64,000 nt of DNA from Centroscyllium fabricii. Lineage: Eukaryota. The stretch lies in assembly GCA_051313645.2 (NCBI GenBank), contig JBNRSN020000029.1, positions 21,514,001 through 21,578,000 of the forward strand. Direction: 5' to 3'. Shown here in pieces: positions 1 through 10,441 of this stretch (positions within the stretch are counted from its first letter, which is position 1; each line of letters starts with the position of its first letter). The notes beneath the pieces were generated by a model. It had not been told where the DNA came from. It worked only from the letters and a program-made list of their open reading frames with translations, and did no database searches. The position numbers were made by a program, and so were the translations under genes.

Positions 1-908
1 TTGTCGAAAGACAAGGCACGGGGCAAGGAGCTGTAGGAAGGAAATGTGTGGCTCAAGCCACGTAGTTTGTCACTTGAAGAAACAAGGACAGAGATTGTAA
101 AACGTGTGTGCCTCCACGGATAATGTTTGAAAGTGTCCTTATACATTTTCAAGTAAAGATTGTTCAGCCTAAACTAATTTCGGCTGAAAATTATTTGTCA
201 ACAATTATATATTTGATTGGATAAATCATATATATGACTTTAATTGCAACTTTGTTCGAGTTTAATTTTATATTAAATTGATTGCAGCAGATGTTATAAA
301 TACACATGATACGTTATATAACAAATAAATGCACAGGAGTTAAATAAACATAATGGGCAGTTGTGAAGATTTACAAATTTACAGTTGCACGATGATGCGA
401 TGTTTTTAAAATATTCTTTAAATTTTCTCGTAGCATGTCTGAAGCTACTGATGCGAAAGCTGACTGCAACCTCACGGTTTAGTTTTCAAAGTGCATAGCT
501 AAAAGCAATCAACCCCATACTTCTATTCTCTCAAGTAATTAAGCTTGAACATTTACAAATCAAAAAATTGATTTGTTGCAATGCTGAATGTAAAGACAAC
601 ATAATCCGTTAGAGTTTTTTTAAATTTCAGAACTCAAGGTGACTGAGATTATATTTATGCTAATACAGAAATTGCTTTCGGAAGATATCGGAGGAATATC
701 ATCAAATCTCACAGTATGGTGACAAGGTTGAGCTAGGATTAGCCTCACAAAGGGGTGGTATTAACCAGTTTAGCTCCGTATCTCAGGTTCCAAGAGAGAG
801 TGCTCGAGGCGGAGGCATGAGTGTTACCTCCGAATGTAACTGCGAGCAGTCCTGTCTCTGCTTCAGAACAACAAAGCCTGAATAACATTTGTTTGCAAAA
901 AACAATCT
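1..908. repeat. Near-identical direct repeat, copy 1 (runs off the window start); copy 2 at 2634-3542
   Basis: ttgtcgaaagacaaggcacg...gtttgcaaaa(a/c)acaatct recurs at 2634-3542. The differences I found are a 2-bp indel (aaagtgcatag vs aaagtgtgcatag) and one substitution near the end. Confidence 0.95.
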
Positions 909-1279
909 CTGTCATTATGGTAATATGAACAAACGAACAATGGCGGCCAGGTGAAGACCAATTGGTCTATTTCGACTTTCCTACAGGATTGGGTTACCTC
1001 GTGTATCAACATATATACACTCTCCACCAGAAAAAAACAATGTGATATAATGGTACAGGGGAAACAAAACAGAGGAAAAAGCAGGGCAATTCGGGAGAAA
1101 TAATCTTGGAAATTCCTCTCTGACCCATCTAGGTGATCAAAATTAGTTCCGTTGATCGCTCTCACCCTAAATTACCTGAAGTTCCTACCTTTTTAAGAGG
1201 TAACATCCGCCCCAACTAGAAAAAGTTCCAATGCATATGAGTCCTTATTCTCATTCACAACTGGACAAAGTGAGTTCAT

Positions 1280-1680
1280 GGGCGGCATGGTGGCACAGTG
1301 GTTAGCACTGTTGTCTCACAACACTGGAGACCCGGGTTCAAATCCACCCTCGGGTACTATCTGTGTGGAGTTTGCACATTCTCCCCGTGTCTGCGTGGGT
1401 TTCCTCCGGGTGCTCCGGTTTCCTCCCACAGTCCAAAGATGTACGGGATAGGTTGATTGGCCAGGGTAAATTGACACTTAGTGTTAGGGTGATTGAATAT
1501 GTGGAGTTACGGGGATAGGGTGGGATATGTGTCGGCTCGAGAGGGATATGGGAAGAGGGCAGGGCCGGGGTACTGGGTTTCGATGATCAGCCATGATCTC
1601 ATTGAATGGCGGAGCATACTCGAAGGGCCGAATGGCCTACTCCTGCTTCTAGTTTTTATGTTTCTATGTTTCTATGTCTA
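1280..1680 (+). mobile_element. Full-length tRNA-derived V-SINE (HE1-like) with CR1-type 3' tail
   Basis: tRNA-like head (GGTGGCACAGTGG, GGGTTCAAATCC) and V-core tgtgtggagtttgcacattctccccgtgtctgcgtgggtttcctccgggtgctccggtttcctccc. Tail gatcagccatgatctcattgaatggcggagc...(tttctatg)n matches the CR1 3' UTR at 22749-22843. Confidence 0.9.
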
Positions 1681-1949
1681 TAATAATATTATTAAGCTGT
1701 AAAAATATACAACAGCTTATCAGCTGACTCGTTGGTTTCAGTGTTAATTTGCTAATATTGAGAATTATATTCATGTATAGTCTCCATCACCACAATAAAT
1801 GACAAGTAAAGCTTCGGTGTAAAATTGAGGTAACTGAATTACTTTAAATTGTATCATTGCAGCCCGGTAACCATGATTGTCCCAACTCGGCACCGCGGAC
1901 ATCGGATGGGCCTCCCGTTGTGCACAGCGCCAGACTTGACTTCCCATTA

Positions 1950-2167
1950 CCTCAGGCCGCCCACAGCCTCTCTCAATCCTTTCACTCTCTTGCTGCCGCC
2001 TCCTCCCGTAAAACCCTCCTTAAAACTTACCAAATCGATGAAGATTTTCGAATATTCCCTGAATATTTTCTTCAGTGGCTCCTGGTTATTATTTTTCTTT
2101 AAGCCTCTGTTAAGCGTCTTGCATGTTTTATTTTCTTTAAAGACGCTATATAAAGGCAAGTTGTTGG
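1950..2167 (+). mobile_element. Degenerate L2-type LINE/SINE 3' end
   Basis: Ends in aagcgtcttg...taaagacgctatataaaggcaagttgttg, resembling the L2-clade terminus (GCGCTATATAAATGCAAG-(TTG)n). Confidence 0.5.
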
Positions 2168-2633
2168 TCTCCTGAGACACATTCCATTTTCTCCAATCCG
2201 GTGCAGTATTGCATACGGATGAGCAAAGAATAACATCTATTATCGATTAGTGCTGCAGCTGAACGCCGTTCTTTATTTGTGCGGTGTGATGAAGTGAAAT
2301 ATCAACACAGAAATTTTGATGCAGTGATTAGTTAAACGCTGGGATTTTGACTTCATGGAAATGAAAATGGAGCACGCTTTATATTTGGTTGTTAACTCCA
2401 TCTCATCCTGTTTGCAAAACATTTCTAGATGTCAGGGCATTCAACTGCTGCGAGTATTCGGCTTTTAATTCATTATTCGATTCAACGAGGAACCTGAAAT
2501 CAAAGCATCCAAATATTTTTTGAGTTGTTTTAATGACTTTCTGCACTTTTCCTGCTATTCTAAAAGTGAGGTAATCAATCCGGCAGCTTAACACCAAACT
2601 CCATTCGTTGCTGTGAGTGTGGCATTGGTGAAT

Positions 2634-3542
2634 TTGTCGAAAGACAAGGCACGGGGCAAGGAGCTGTAGGAAGGAAATGTGTGGCTCAAGCCACGTAGTT
2701 TGTCACTTGAAGAAACAAGGACAGAGATTGTAAAACGTGTGTGCCTCCACGGATAATGTTTGAAAGTGTCCTTATACATTTTCAAGTAAAGATTGTTCAG
2801 CCTAAACTAATTTCGGCTGAAAATTATTTGTCAACAATTATATATTTGATTGGATAAATCATATATATGACTTTAATTGCAACTTTGTTCGAGTTTAATT
2901 TTATATTAAATTGATTGCAGCAGATGTTATAAATACACATGATACGTTATATAACAAATAAATGCACAGGAGTTAAATAAACATAATGGGCAGTTGTGAA
3001 GATTTACAAATTTACAGTTGCACGATGATGCGATGTTTTTAAAATATTCTTTAAATTTTCTCGTAGCATGTCTGAAGCTACTGATGCGAAAGCTGACTGC
3101 AACCTCACGGTTTAGTTTTCAAAGTGTGCATAGCTAAAAGCAATCAACCCCATACTTCTATTCTCTCAAGTAATTAAGCTTGAACATTTACAAATCAAAA
3201 AATTGATTTGTTGCAATGCTGAATGTAAAGACAACATAATCCGTTAGAGTTTTTTAAATTTCAGAACTCAAGGTGACTGAGATTATATTTATGCTAATAC
3301 AGAAATTGCTTTCGGAAGATATCGGAGGAATATCATCAAATCTCACAGTATGGTGACAAGGTTGAGCTAGGATTAGCCTCACAAAGGGGTGGTATTAACC
3401 AGTTTAGCTCCGTATCTCAGGTTCCAAGAGAGAGTGCTCGAGGCGGAGGCATGAGTGTTACCTCCGAATGTAACTGCGAGCAGTCCTGTCTCTGCTTCAG
3501 AACAACAAAGCCTGAATAACATTTGTTTGCAAAACACAATCT
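2634..3542. repeat. Near-identical direct repeat, copy 2 of 1-908
   Basis: Direct comparison with 1-908; offset 2633-2635. Confidence 0.95.
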
Positions 3543-3776
3543 ACTGATACATTTCCCATTTTAGGAAGGGCTAATCAAATTTGAGTATAACAACGTTTCA
3601 GGTCTAGGTGGTTCGTGGATAGCGTGGTCCATAAAATAATCTTGGAACAGAGGAGCAGCATTTTCCATACGACGTGAGCTTTGAGCGTGTGCACATTATT
3701 TCTACTATAGAACCTATGTTCAACTTGGATAGATATAATTTATTTAATTCTGTGAAGTCATTAGCTATTTAATTGA

Positions 3777-4255
3777 CTAAATAATTGCAACCAGGGGCGA
3801 TAAATCATATTCTGCAATGCATCTCTGAATTTCCACTGGGACACTAAATCTGTTTTTGCAGAAACTCAAAGTTCTAATCTTAATATCCAGTATCTTAAAT
3901 GTTGATGATAGAAACAGAATAATTTGTCTGTCAATATTGTTGATCTCTAAACTGTACAGATATCTACTATAGGCTAAGTTATCTTCCATAGATGTATAAC
4001 ATTACAAGCTATGGACAGAATAAACTGATGGAATTTCTTCTATTCACCAGCTCAGAATCATTGTGCTTTTCATCATCCTCTTCCATTGGAGACTCTTCCT
4101 CATTCTATTGTCCAGTATAATGTGCCCGTTGGTCAGAGCTTTGAGCAGTAAAAATAACACAAATTGAATGAACAGGGACAAAATGGTTTCCAACCAGAAG
4201 AATGCTCTCCAGATGGTACGGTCTAACAGCTTGATTTTACATAGCAGGACCACCT
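3777..4255 (-). pseudogene. GPR139-like GPCR remnant (TM5-TM7 region), frameshifted
   Basis: Minus-strand peptides IWRAFFWLETILSLFIQFVLFLLLKALTNGHIILDNRMRKSL, HNDSELVNRRNSISL and SQWKFRD match receptor copies A and B (IWVAFLWLETILTPF..., HTDPEM..RKSIILL, SQSKFRE). Confidence 0.8.
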
Positions 4256-5354
4256 CTCATCGTCTGTATGTTCCAATTGGCAATTTCAAGGGAATTGTCG
4301 CAGTGATTATCATAGGTTGACCATTGCTGAACACCTGAAATTATGCTCATAGGAAGTATCTGCTTATAAGAAATTAATTCCTCTGTTGTCCCAGTTGGCA
4401 GTTCAAACATTTATGTTTCCAGATGCCTTTCAGGCTGCAGTTATCACAAACACATAATAAACAAAATCAATATCCTGGCTACTCTGGATGCCCTTTCGAA
4501 CAAATACTTTGGTCATTTCAAGAGGAAAGCATTAAAAGACATGAAGCTTGAAACAAAATTAACAAACGGCCAATTGGACCAATCTTCATTTTCGGGCTGG
4601 TGCCGAATCATTGATACCCGCTGATTTCCGTTTTCATTGAAATCAAGGAACAGAAAATGTGAGAGAGTGAAAAAATGCAGCCAATTGGCTATTGTCTGTT
4701 TTCTACTTCCACCCAATTTAATTCACAGCTTTAGAAGGTAAATGGAGGATGCCACAGTAGCCGTTATTATATTCAAGTCTTGAATGGAAAGTTAGCCAAC
4801 ACGCATAATGCCAAGTCAATTACATACTGCCTATTTTACACTAGCGCACAATGTTAACTCAGCACTTACTTCGGGAATAGTTTGTGTTTCAGCAACTGTA
4901 TCTCGTTATTATCACATTATTGTGTCATAGTGAGAATGATAAAATAATTAATATGTTCCAATGGAATGATTGCACTTGATGAGCACCTGCTCCCATTCAA
5001 AATTATTTATCATTAACCTCCATTACATTCAACTTATCACGATCACTGGGACATGACCAGATAGAATTGGCCGCCCCTTTACGCCCCTTGTGGAGTACAA
5101 TCGGGTGCAGTGTTAAACAGGCGGTCGATCCAAACCATTCCTTTCCCCTCTGGCAGGTTAATTTATAATCTGTTGAATTGTAGTTTTCCCTGTGGATAAC
5201 TAATGATTATATAAAATTATTTCGAAAATAAAACAATGTAAAGCATTGTGTAGTTAACTCATCAGGAAGGCAATGTCACCTTCCTTTATTGGGTACGAAA
5301 GATAATCTGGCTGAGAGAAAATTTTCTGTATAAAGCATTCGCTGCCTGTGTTGT

Positions 5355-5545
5355 CTCCCTGACGGAGGCTTTTAAGATAATGAATGGTTTTGATAGGTTA
5401 GACTGAAAAATCCAATAGGGAATCTAGGAGAAACATACTTATGCAAAGATTGGTAAGAATGTGGAAAGCGCTACCACAATGAACAATTGAAGCAGGCAGC
5501 ATAGATGCATTTAAGTGGAAGCTGGATATGCACAGGAGGGAGAAA
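5355..5545 (+). mobile_element. Old CR1 LINE 3' fragment
   Basis: Degenerate CR1 ORF2 C-terminus (gaggcttttaagataatgaatggttttgatagg..., tggtaagaatgtggaaagcgctaccaca..., gcatttaagtggaagctggat). Confidence 0.6.
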
Positions 5546-5899
5546 ATTGGCAACCACGCTGATGTGCGTTCGGCATGAGGTATAAATCAGGCCTGGTAAT
5601 CTCAAAAGCTATCCTTCAAAGGGATATTATTTTTTGACAATTCGATGGCTTCATGGTCAGTTTTACTGTTACCAGCATTTTAAATCCACAGTTACTTTAA
5701 ATAATAAATTAAGATTAAACTAACAAACTACCACGTGCAATTTGAATTCCTTTTCTCTGGAACATCACTTTCAGACTTCTGGCTTACTACTGCAATAAAG
5801 TAACCACAAAGGTGCCACACCAACAGTGTCTCATAAACATCTGTGGCCTGTTGCCAACCTTAGCAGAACTGTGTTCCAGACAAGTCCATCAACAGCCAG

Positions 5900-6345
5900 A
5901 CATCGCGGGATTGAGGAGACAAGCTCCATATTCACCACAGTTTAGAAGAATCAGACGTCATCTCATTGAAACGTACACACTACTTAACGTGCTTAACAGC
6001 GCAAATACTGGAAGGATACTTTCCCCAGGCAGGGGAGTCTGGAACTCGGGAGTCAACGTCTCAGAATAAGGAGACTCATTTGGAACTGAGATCAGGAGAC
6101 ATTTCTTCAATCAAAGGGTTATGAACCTTTGTAATTCTGTACCCCAGAGGGCTGTGGATGCTCCGTCGTTGAGTACATTCAACATAGGAATAAAAACGAT
6201 CTTGGGATATTTAGGTAATTAATGGATGTGTGGATGGGCGGAAAGATGCTGTTGAAGTTAAAGATCAACCATCATTTTATTGAATGGTGGAGCAGGTTCG
6301 AAGGGTCGAATGGCCTAATCCTGCTCCTATTTCTTATATTCTTAT
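5900..6345 (+). mobile_element. CR1 LINE 3' fragment with 3' UTR
   Basis: tttagaagaatcagacgtcatctcattgaaacgtac..., tttcttcaatcaaagggttatgaacctttgtaattct..., tail ttgaatggtggagcaggttcgaagggtcgaatggcctaatcctgctcct. Confidence 0.8.
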
Positions 6346-7271
6346 TATTATTGTAACATGTGGTGCTAGAGTTTAAAGGTGACATTGGATCAGCTGTGCA
6401 TTAGCAACTTTTCCAGATATTCATCGCTATTGACGACAATGGAAGGAATACCGAGAAACATGGGAGGATGTAATTACTACATGACAAGATTGCACGGAGT
6501 GTTTCCATTACAAATGTAGTCATCAACGTTTATATCAGAACTAGAGAAGGAAGAACACAATGCAGGTCTTTGCATTCGGATTCAATTATATCTTTATGCC
6601 CTGAAAAAATAATCCCTCTCCTCGAAACCGAATACATCTGAAGTACAACTGTGGTATAAAAAATCATCTTTCTCTTTATGGCAAGAGGGATGGTGCCATT
6701 TATGCCAACATTTTAATGCCCCAACAGATAGACAGTTCCACTGACTGAAATAGAAATGAATGAAGGGCAGAAGGTAAACGAGGCCCACTGTGCAATCACA
6801 CGCATATTGCTCTAAGAACATAGTCCAATTTCTATCCATATATTTTGTCTCTCTGGATGTGAAAATGGACATGGGCAGAAAAACAAAACATGCAGAATCG
6901 CATTTGTAGCCCGGTGTCTAACCCTCCCAAGGAACTGGATGCCAGGCGACCGATGTGCTAGCACCTGTTTTGCGGCCTCGCCGCTCTCCAATTCCACCCG
7001 ATGTGCAGTGCCGTGGGAGACAAACAACTCTCTCCTTCAGATTTTATCAATCGATATCCTTGGACTTTTCACACGAAGATTTATGGCAGCTGGTTGTGCA
7101 GTGATTAACAGAAAAGTTCAAAGTATTGAAGATTTTGGATGAGATAAATCAGGGGAAATATATTTGCACTTGTTGGCCAGCGGATTCTTAAAGGGCCAAA
7201 ATGTATTATCATCATCAAAGGAATGAAGTGAGAGGTCTAGAGATTATTTGTATTTTGCGAATCAGTGTAAT

Positions 7272-7858
7272 TGTCATAGATGGAATTCTCCTTTAAGGAT
7301 TACATCTTTGAATTATATGTCTGTTTCTCTGTTTTGTTCATTATTACCTCGTTTTCTTGTAAATATAGCTAATTGTAGCTCGTTTATCATTTGCATGTAT
7401 TGATAGGAATGAGCTAATCAATCTAATTGGCTTGAGCCATATATAAGCTTTGGGTTGGCAACAGGATATTGCCGGATCGTTAGTTTCTGTTACTTGATAT
7501 CTGTGTTCGGTTGCTACTCTCTGTTCCTGTTCGTATTGGATTTCTACCTGTTACAGAAGAGTTGGATTTACTGCTGAACTCAGTGCTGGGATTCATCCCT
7601 TCAGTGAAGCGGATTACTTGGAGTAGATCGGTTTCTAGTTTTGGACTTATTTCTGTTTATCACCATGAACTCTGGTTTGGACTTGTTAATTACATTTACC
7701 AGTACTCTGGATTATAGAATTGTTTATTCTCTGTTGAACACTGCAGTTAATAACTGTATATATATATATATATTTGAGGACTCAGAAATAAAGGATAATT
7801 TATTTCTAAAGACGGACTTCCGGTGTTCTGCATTTGGGCCCTACCACAAACCCTTACA
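7272..7858 (+). repeat. 5' LTR (587 bp)
   Basis: TGTCATAGAT...CCCTTACA. By my count it differs from the 3' LTR by 7 substitutions and 1 indel. Contains TATATAA (7440-7446) and AATAAA (~7789). Confidence 0.95.
7440..7481 (+). promoter_or_regulatory. LTR TATA box and predicted transcript 5' end / self-primer (GCCGGATCGTT, 7471-7481)
   Basis: TATATAA at 7440; 31 nt downstream begins an 11-mer exactly complementary to the PBS-position sequence at 7860-7870. Confidence 0.75.
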
Positions 7859-7859
7859 G

Positions 7860-7870
7860 AACGATCCGGC
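7860..7870 (+). promoter_or_regulatory. Self-priming-type primer binding site AACGATCCGGC
   Basis: Lies 1 nt after the 5' LTR, does not start with TGG (no tRNA CCA complement), and is the perfect reverse complement of 7471-7481. Confidence 0.75.
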
Positions 7871-7875
7871 CAGAA

Positions 7876-9522
7876 ATGGACCCAGCAGAGACACTGAAGC
7901 GTCTAGAACACCTCGAGGGCGCCCTATTTCACCAGGGGCAGACCTTGATGAATATTTGCACTCAGATGGAGCAGTTAACCGTCGCCTGGAACCTGCGGGT
8001 AGCGTCGGATTCGGCAGGGGTCCCGTTACCACCACCCCCGGCTCCAGAAGGGGGGCTGGTACCCAGGCCTCAACTACTAGCTCCCACACTCGAAACCCGA
8101 GTCGGGGAACCGGAACGGTATGCCGGTGAACCCGAGCAGTGTGATCCTTTTCTCACAAGCTGTTCCATACTGTTTTCTTTGCAGCCCCACACCTTTGCCA
8201 ATGGGAAGGCAAAGGTAGCGTTTGTAATAAATCACCTCACAGGAAGAGCCCGGCTTTGGGGAACCGCCGAGTGGGAGAGAGATACTCAGGCTTGCTCTTC
8301 TTTCGAGGCGTTCGCCACCGAATTAAGAAGGGTGTTTGGCAGGGTTAATTTCGGCTCTGAAGCAGCTCGGGGACTCATGAATCTGAGCCAGGGAAATCAG
8401 ACAGTGGCTGATTACGCAATTGATTTTCGAATCAGGGCTCGTCGGAGTGATTGGAATCCGGCTGCATTACGTGAGGTTTTTCTTCATGGTCTTTCTGAAT
8501 ATATCAAGGATGAACTGGTCTCCTACGATCTTCCCTCCACCTTGGATGAACTAATTTATCTTGCCACCAGGATCGATCTTCGTATCCAGGCGCGTCGACG
8601 TGAGAGACGACCGGGAACGTCTGGTCGACATCCTCCGAGTTGGACTCCAGAGGCTTTCATGACACCCAGAGAGACTGCGATAGCAGGGTCAGAGCCAGTG
8701 GGCCCCGAACCAATGCAATGGGGTCGCACTCAAGGGAGATTCGTGGCGCCCAGAGATACTGTGACAGCAGGGGCGGAACCAGGGGGTCCAGAGCCTATGC
8801 AGTTGGGTCGCACCAGTCTTCGGTTGGCGAGGCATAAGGGACCGCACTCACCAGTCAATGGAGTCGTAATGGTGAGCCAAACTCCTGATGGACTCTCTCC
8901 CAATCCACGACCCTTGTGTCAAGCCAAACTTCTTCTCCCCAGGGGATCCCAGACTCTCGTCATCTGTATTGACTCTGGAGCGGACATCAATATCATCGAT
9001 GAGGATCTGGTCACGCAACTGGAGATTGACCGGGAGCCACTGCCACAGCCGGTTCCTGTCAACGTCTTAGACGGCCATCTCCTTGGAACGGTGACACATC
9101 AGACCTCACCTGTTCTGATGCTTCTGTCTGGGGATCATCAGGAGAGCATTCAGTTCCATATCTTGAGATCACCTCAGATTCCGTTAATTCTGGGACACAC
9201 TTGGCTTCGCCGCCACAACCCTCACATTGATTGGAACACGGGAGCTATTTCGGGCTGGAGCCTCTCCTGTCACCAGGTCTGTCTGAAACGGGCTCAGACT
9301 TCGTTGCTTCGCTCGGCAGACCGATACCCGCCTGCTGCCAACCGTAGTCATTCTGGGTCTCCTGAAAATCATGTTGGGCAGAAGGGGTGGCTTCCACCTC
9401 CTCGTCAGTTCAACGGTGGGTTGGTCTACACTGTTCGTCGCCTACTTCGTTCCCGTCATAATTGGATAGGACTTCAGTACCTGGTGGACTGGGAGGGGTA
9501 TGGTCCAGAGGAGAGGTCCTGA
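7876..9522 (+). CDS. Gag-aspartic protease-(partial) chromodomain fusion polyprotein, 548 aa from ATG 7876; the frame continues past the TGA to 9837
   Basis: Gag motifs [18 protein letters not shown] and [15 protein letters not shown], then PEPMQ(W/L)GRT twice. Protease [11 protein letters not shown]...PLILGHTWL. Chromodomain YTVRRLL...[31 protein letters not shown], with TGA at the conserved Trp. The acidic tail ORF 9628-9837 is in the same frame. Confidence 0.85.
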   Translation: MDPAETLKRLEHLEGALFHQGQTLMNICTQMEQLTVAWNLRVASDSAGVPLPPPPAPEGGLVPRPQLLAPTLETRVGEPERYAGEPEQCDPFLTSCSILFSLQPHTFANGKAKVAFVINHLTGRARLWGTAEWERDTQACSSFEAFATELRRVFGRVNFGSEAARGLMNLSQGNQTVADYAIDFRIRARRSDWNPAALREVFLHGLSEYIKDELVSYDLPSTLDELIYLATRIDLRIQARRRERRPGTSGRHPPSWTPEAFMTPRETAIAGSEPVGPEPMQWGRTQGRFVAPRDTVTAGAEPGGPEPMQLGRTSLRLARHKGPHSPVNGVVMVSQTPDGLSPNPRPLCQAKLLLPRGSQTLVICIDSGADINIIDEDLVTQLEIDREPLPQPVPVNVLDGHLLGTVTHQTSPVLMLLSGDHQESIQFHILRSPQIPLILGHTWLRRHNPHIDWNTGAISGWSLSCHQVCLKRAQTSLLRSADRYPPAANRSHSGSPENHVGQKGWLPPPRQFNGGLVYTVRRLLRSRHNWIGLQYLVDWEGYGPEERS

Positions 9523-9835
9523 GTTCCTGCTCACTACATAAAGGATCTGCAACTCATTGACGACTTTCACTGGAGCCATCCCGACCAGCCAAGTAAGAGG
9601 ACTGCGACTCATGAGGAGTCTGGGCAAGTGATCGGTTCCATACAGATCCAGGAGAGCCTGACCGAGGAGGAGGAATCTGCTGAGGAGGAGGAATCTGCTG
9701 ATGAGGATGATTCTTTTCAGTCTGATTATGAGATGGACATAGAGGAGGGCTTCGAGGACTGTTGGTTCTCCCCCGCACCCCTCCACCCACCCGATCCGGC
9801 ATTTGAGGTTTTGGGACATCAGGAGTCGCCCCCTT

Positions 9836-9852
9836 GAGGGGGGGGGGGGGGG
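9836..9852 (+). promoter_or_regulatory. Polypurine tract
   Basis: GA followed by a G run, ending 3 nt before the TG of the 3' LTR at 9856. Confidence 0.85.
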
Positions 9853-9855
9853 TTC

Positions 9856-10441
9856 TGTCATAGATGGAATTCTCCTTTAAGGATTACATCTTTGAATTCT
9901 ATGTCTGTTTCTCTGTTTTGTTCATTATTACCTCGTTTTCTTGTAAATACAGCTAATTGTAGCTCGTTTATCATTTGCATTTATTGATAGGAATGAGCTA
10001 ATCAATCTAATTGGCTTGCGCCATATATAAGCTTTGGGTTGGCAACAGGATATTGCCGGATTGTTAGTTTCTGTTACTTGATATCTGTGTTCGGTTGCTA
10101 CTCCCTGTTCCTGTTCGTATTGGATTTCTACCTGTTACAGAAGAGTTGGATTTACTGCTGAACTCAGTGCTGGGATTCATCCCTTCGGTGAAGCGGATTA
10201 CTTGGAGTAGATCGGTTTCTAGTTTTGGACTTATTTCTGTTTATCACCTGAACTCTGGTTTGGACTTGTTAATTACATTTACCAGTACTCTGGATTATAG
10301 AATTGTTTATTCTCTGTTGAACACTGCAGTTAATAACTGTATATATATATATATATTTGAGGACTCAGAAATAAAGGATAATTTATTTCTAAAGACGGAC
10401 TTCCGGTGTTCTGCATTTGGGCCCTACCACAAACCCTTACA
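9856..10441 (+). repeat. 3' LTR (586 bp)
   Basis: Near-identical to 7272-7858 and followed by the TSD GTAAT. Confidence 0.95.

Larger units (their letters stand above)
7272..10441 (+). mobile_element. Non-autonomous Ty3/Gypsy chromovirus-type (Sushi-like) LTR retroelement, 3170 bp
   Basis: Two TG...CA LTRs (7272-7858, 9856-10441) and a 5-bp TSD GTAAT (7267-7271 / 10442-10446). Poly-G PPT before the 3' LTR. Internal Gag-protease-chromodomain ORF without RT, RNase H or integrase core. Confidence 0.95.

Noticed and set aside
1280-1355. tRNA gene (A/B boxes)
   Set aside because: It is the tRNA-derived head of a multi-copy SINE, continuing into the V-core and LINE tail.
2591-2698. Plus-strand peptide RCCECGIGEFVERQG...RKC resembling a TNFR cysteine-rich repeat
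   Set aside because: Too short, with incomplete cysteine spacing, a stop at its end and no supporting exons.
6594-6872. YACDCTVGLV as the N-terminal half (TM3) of the 3.8-4.3 kb receptor remnant
   Set aside because: Only three or four residues match DCSVWLTV, with no DRF motif or flanking similarity.
7834-9522. Domesticated PEG10/RTL-like host gene
   Set aside because: Near-identical LTRs, TSD, PPT and priming site indicate a recent insertion. The track start at 7834 is a TTG inside the LTR; the likely start is ATG 7876.
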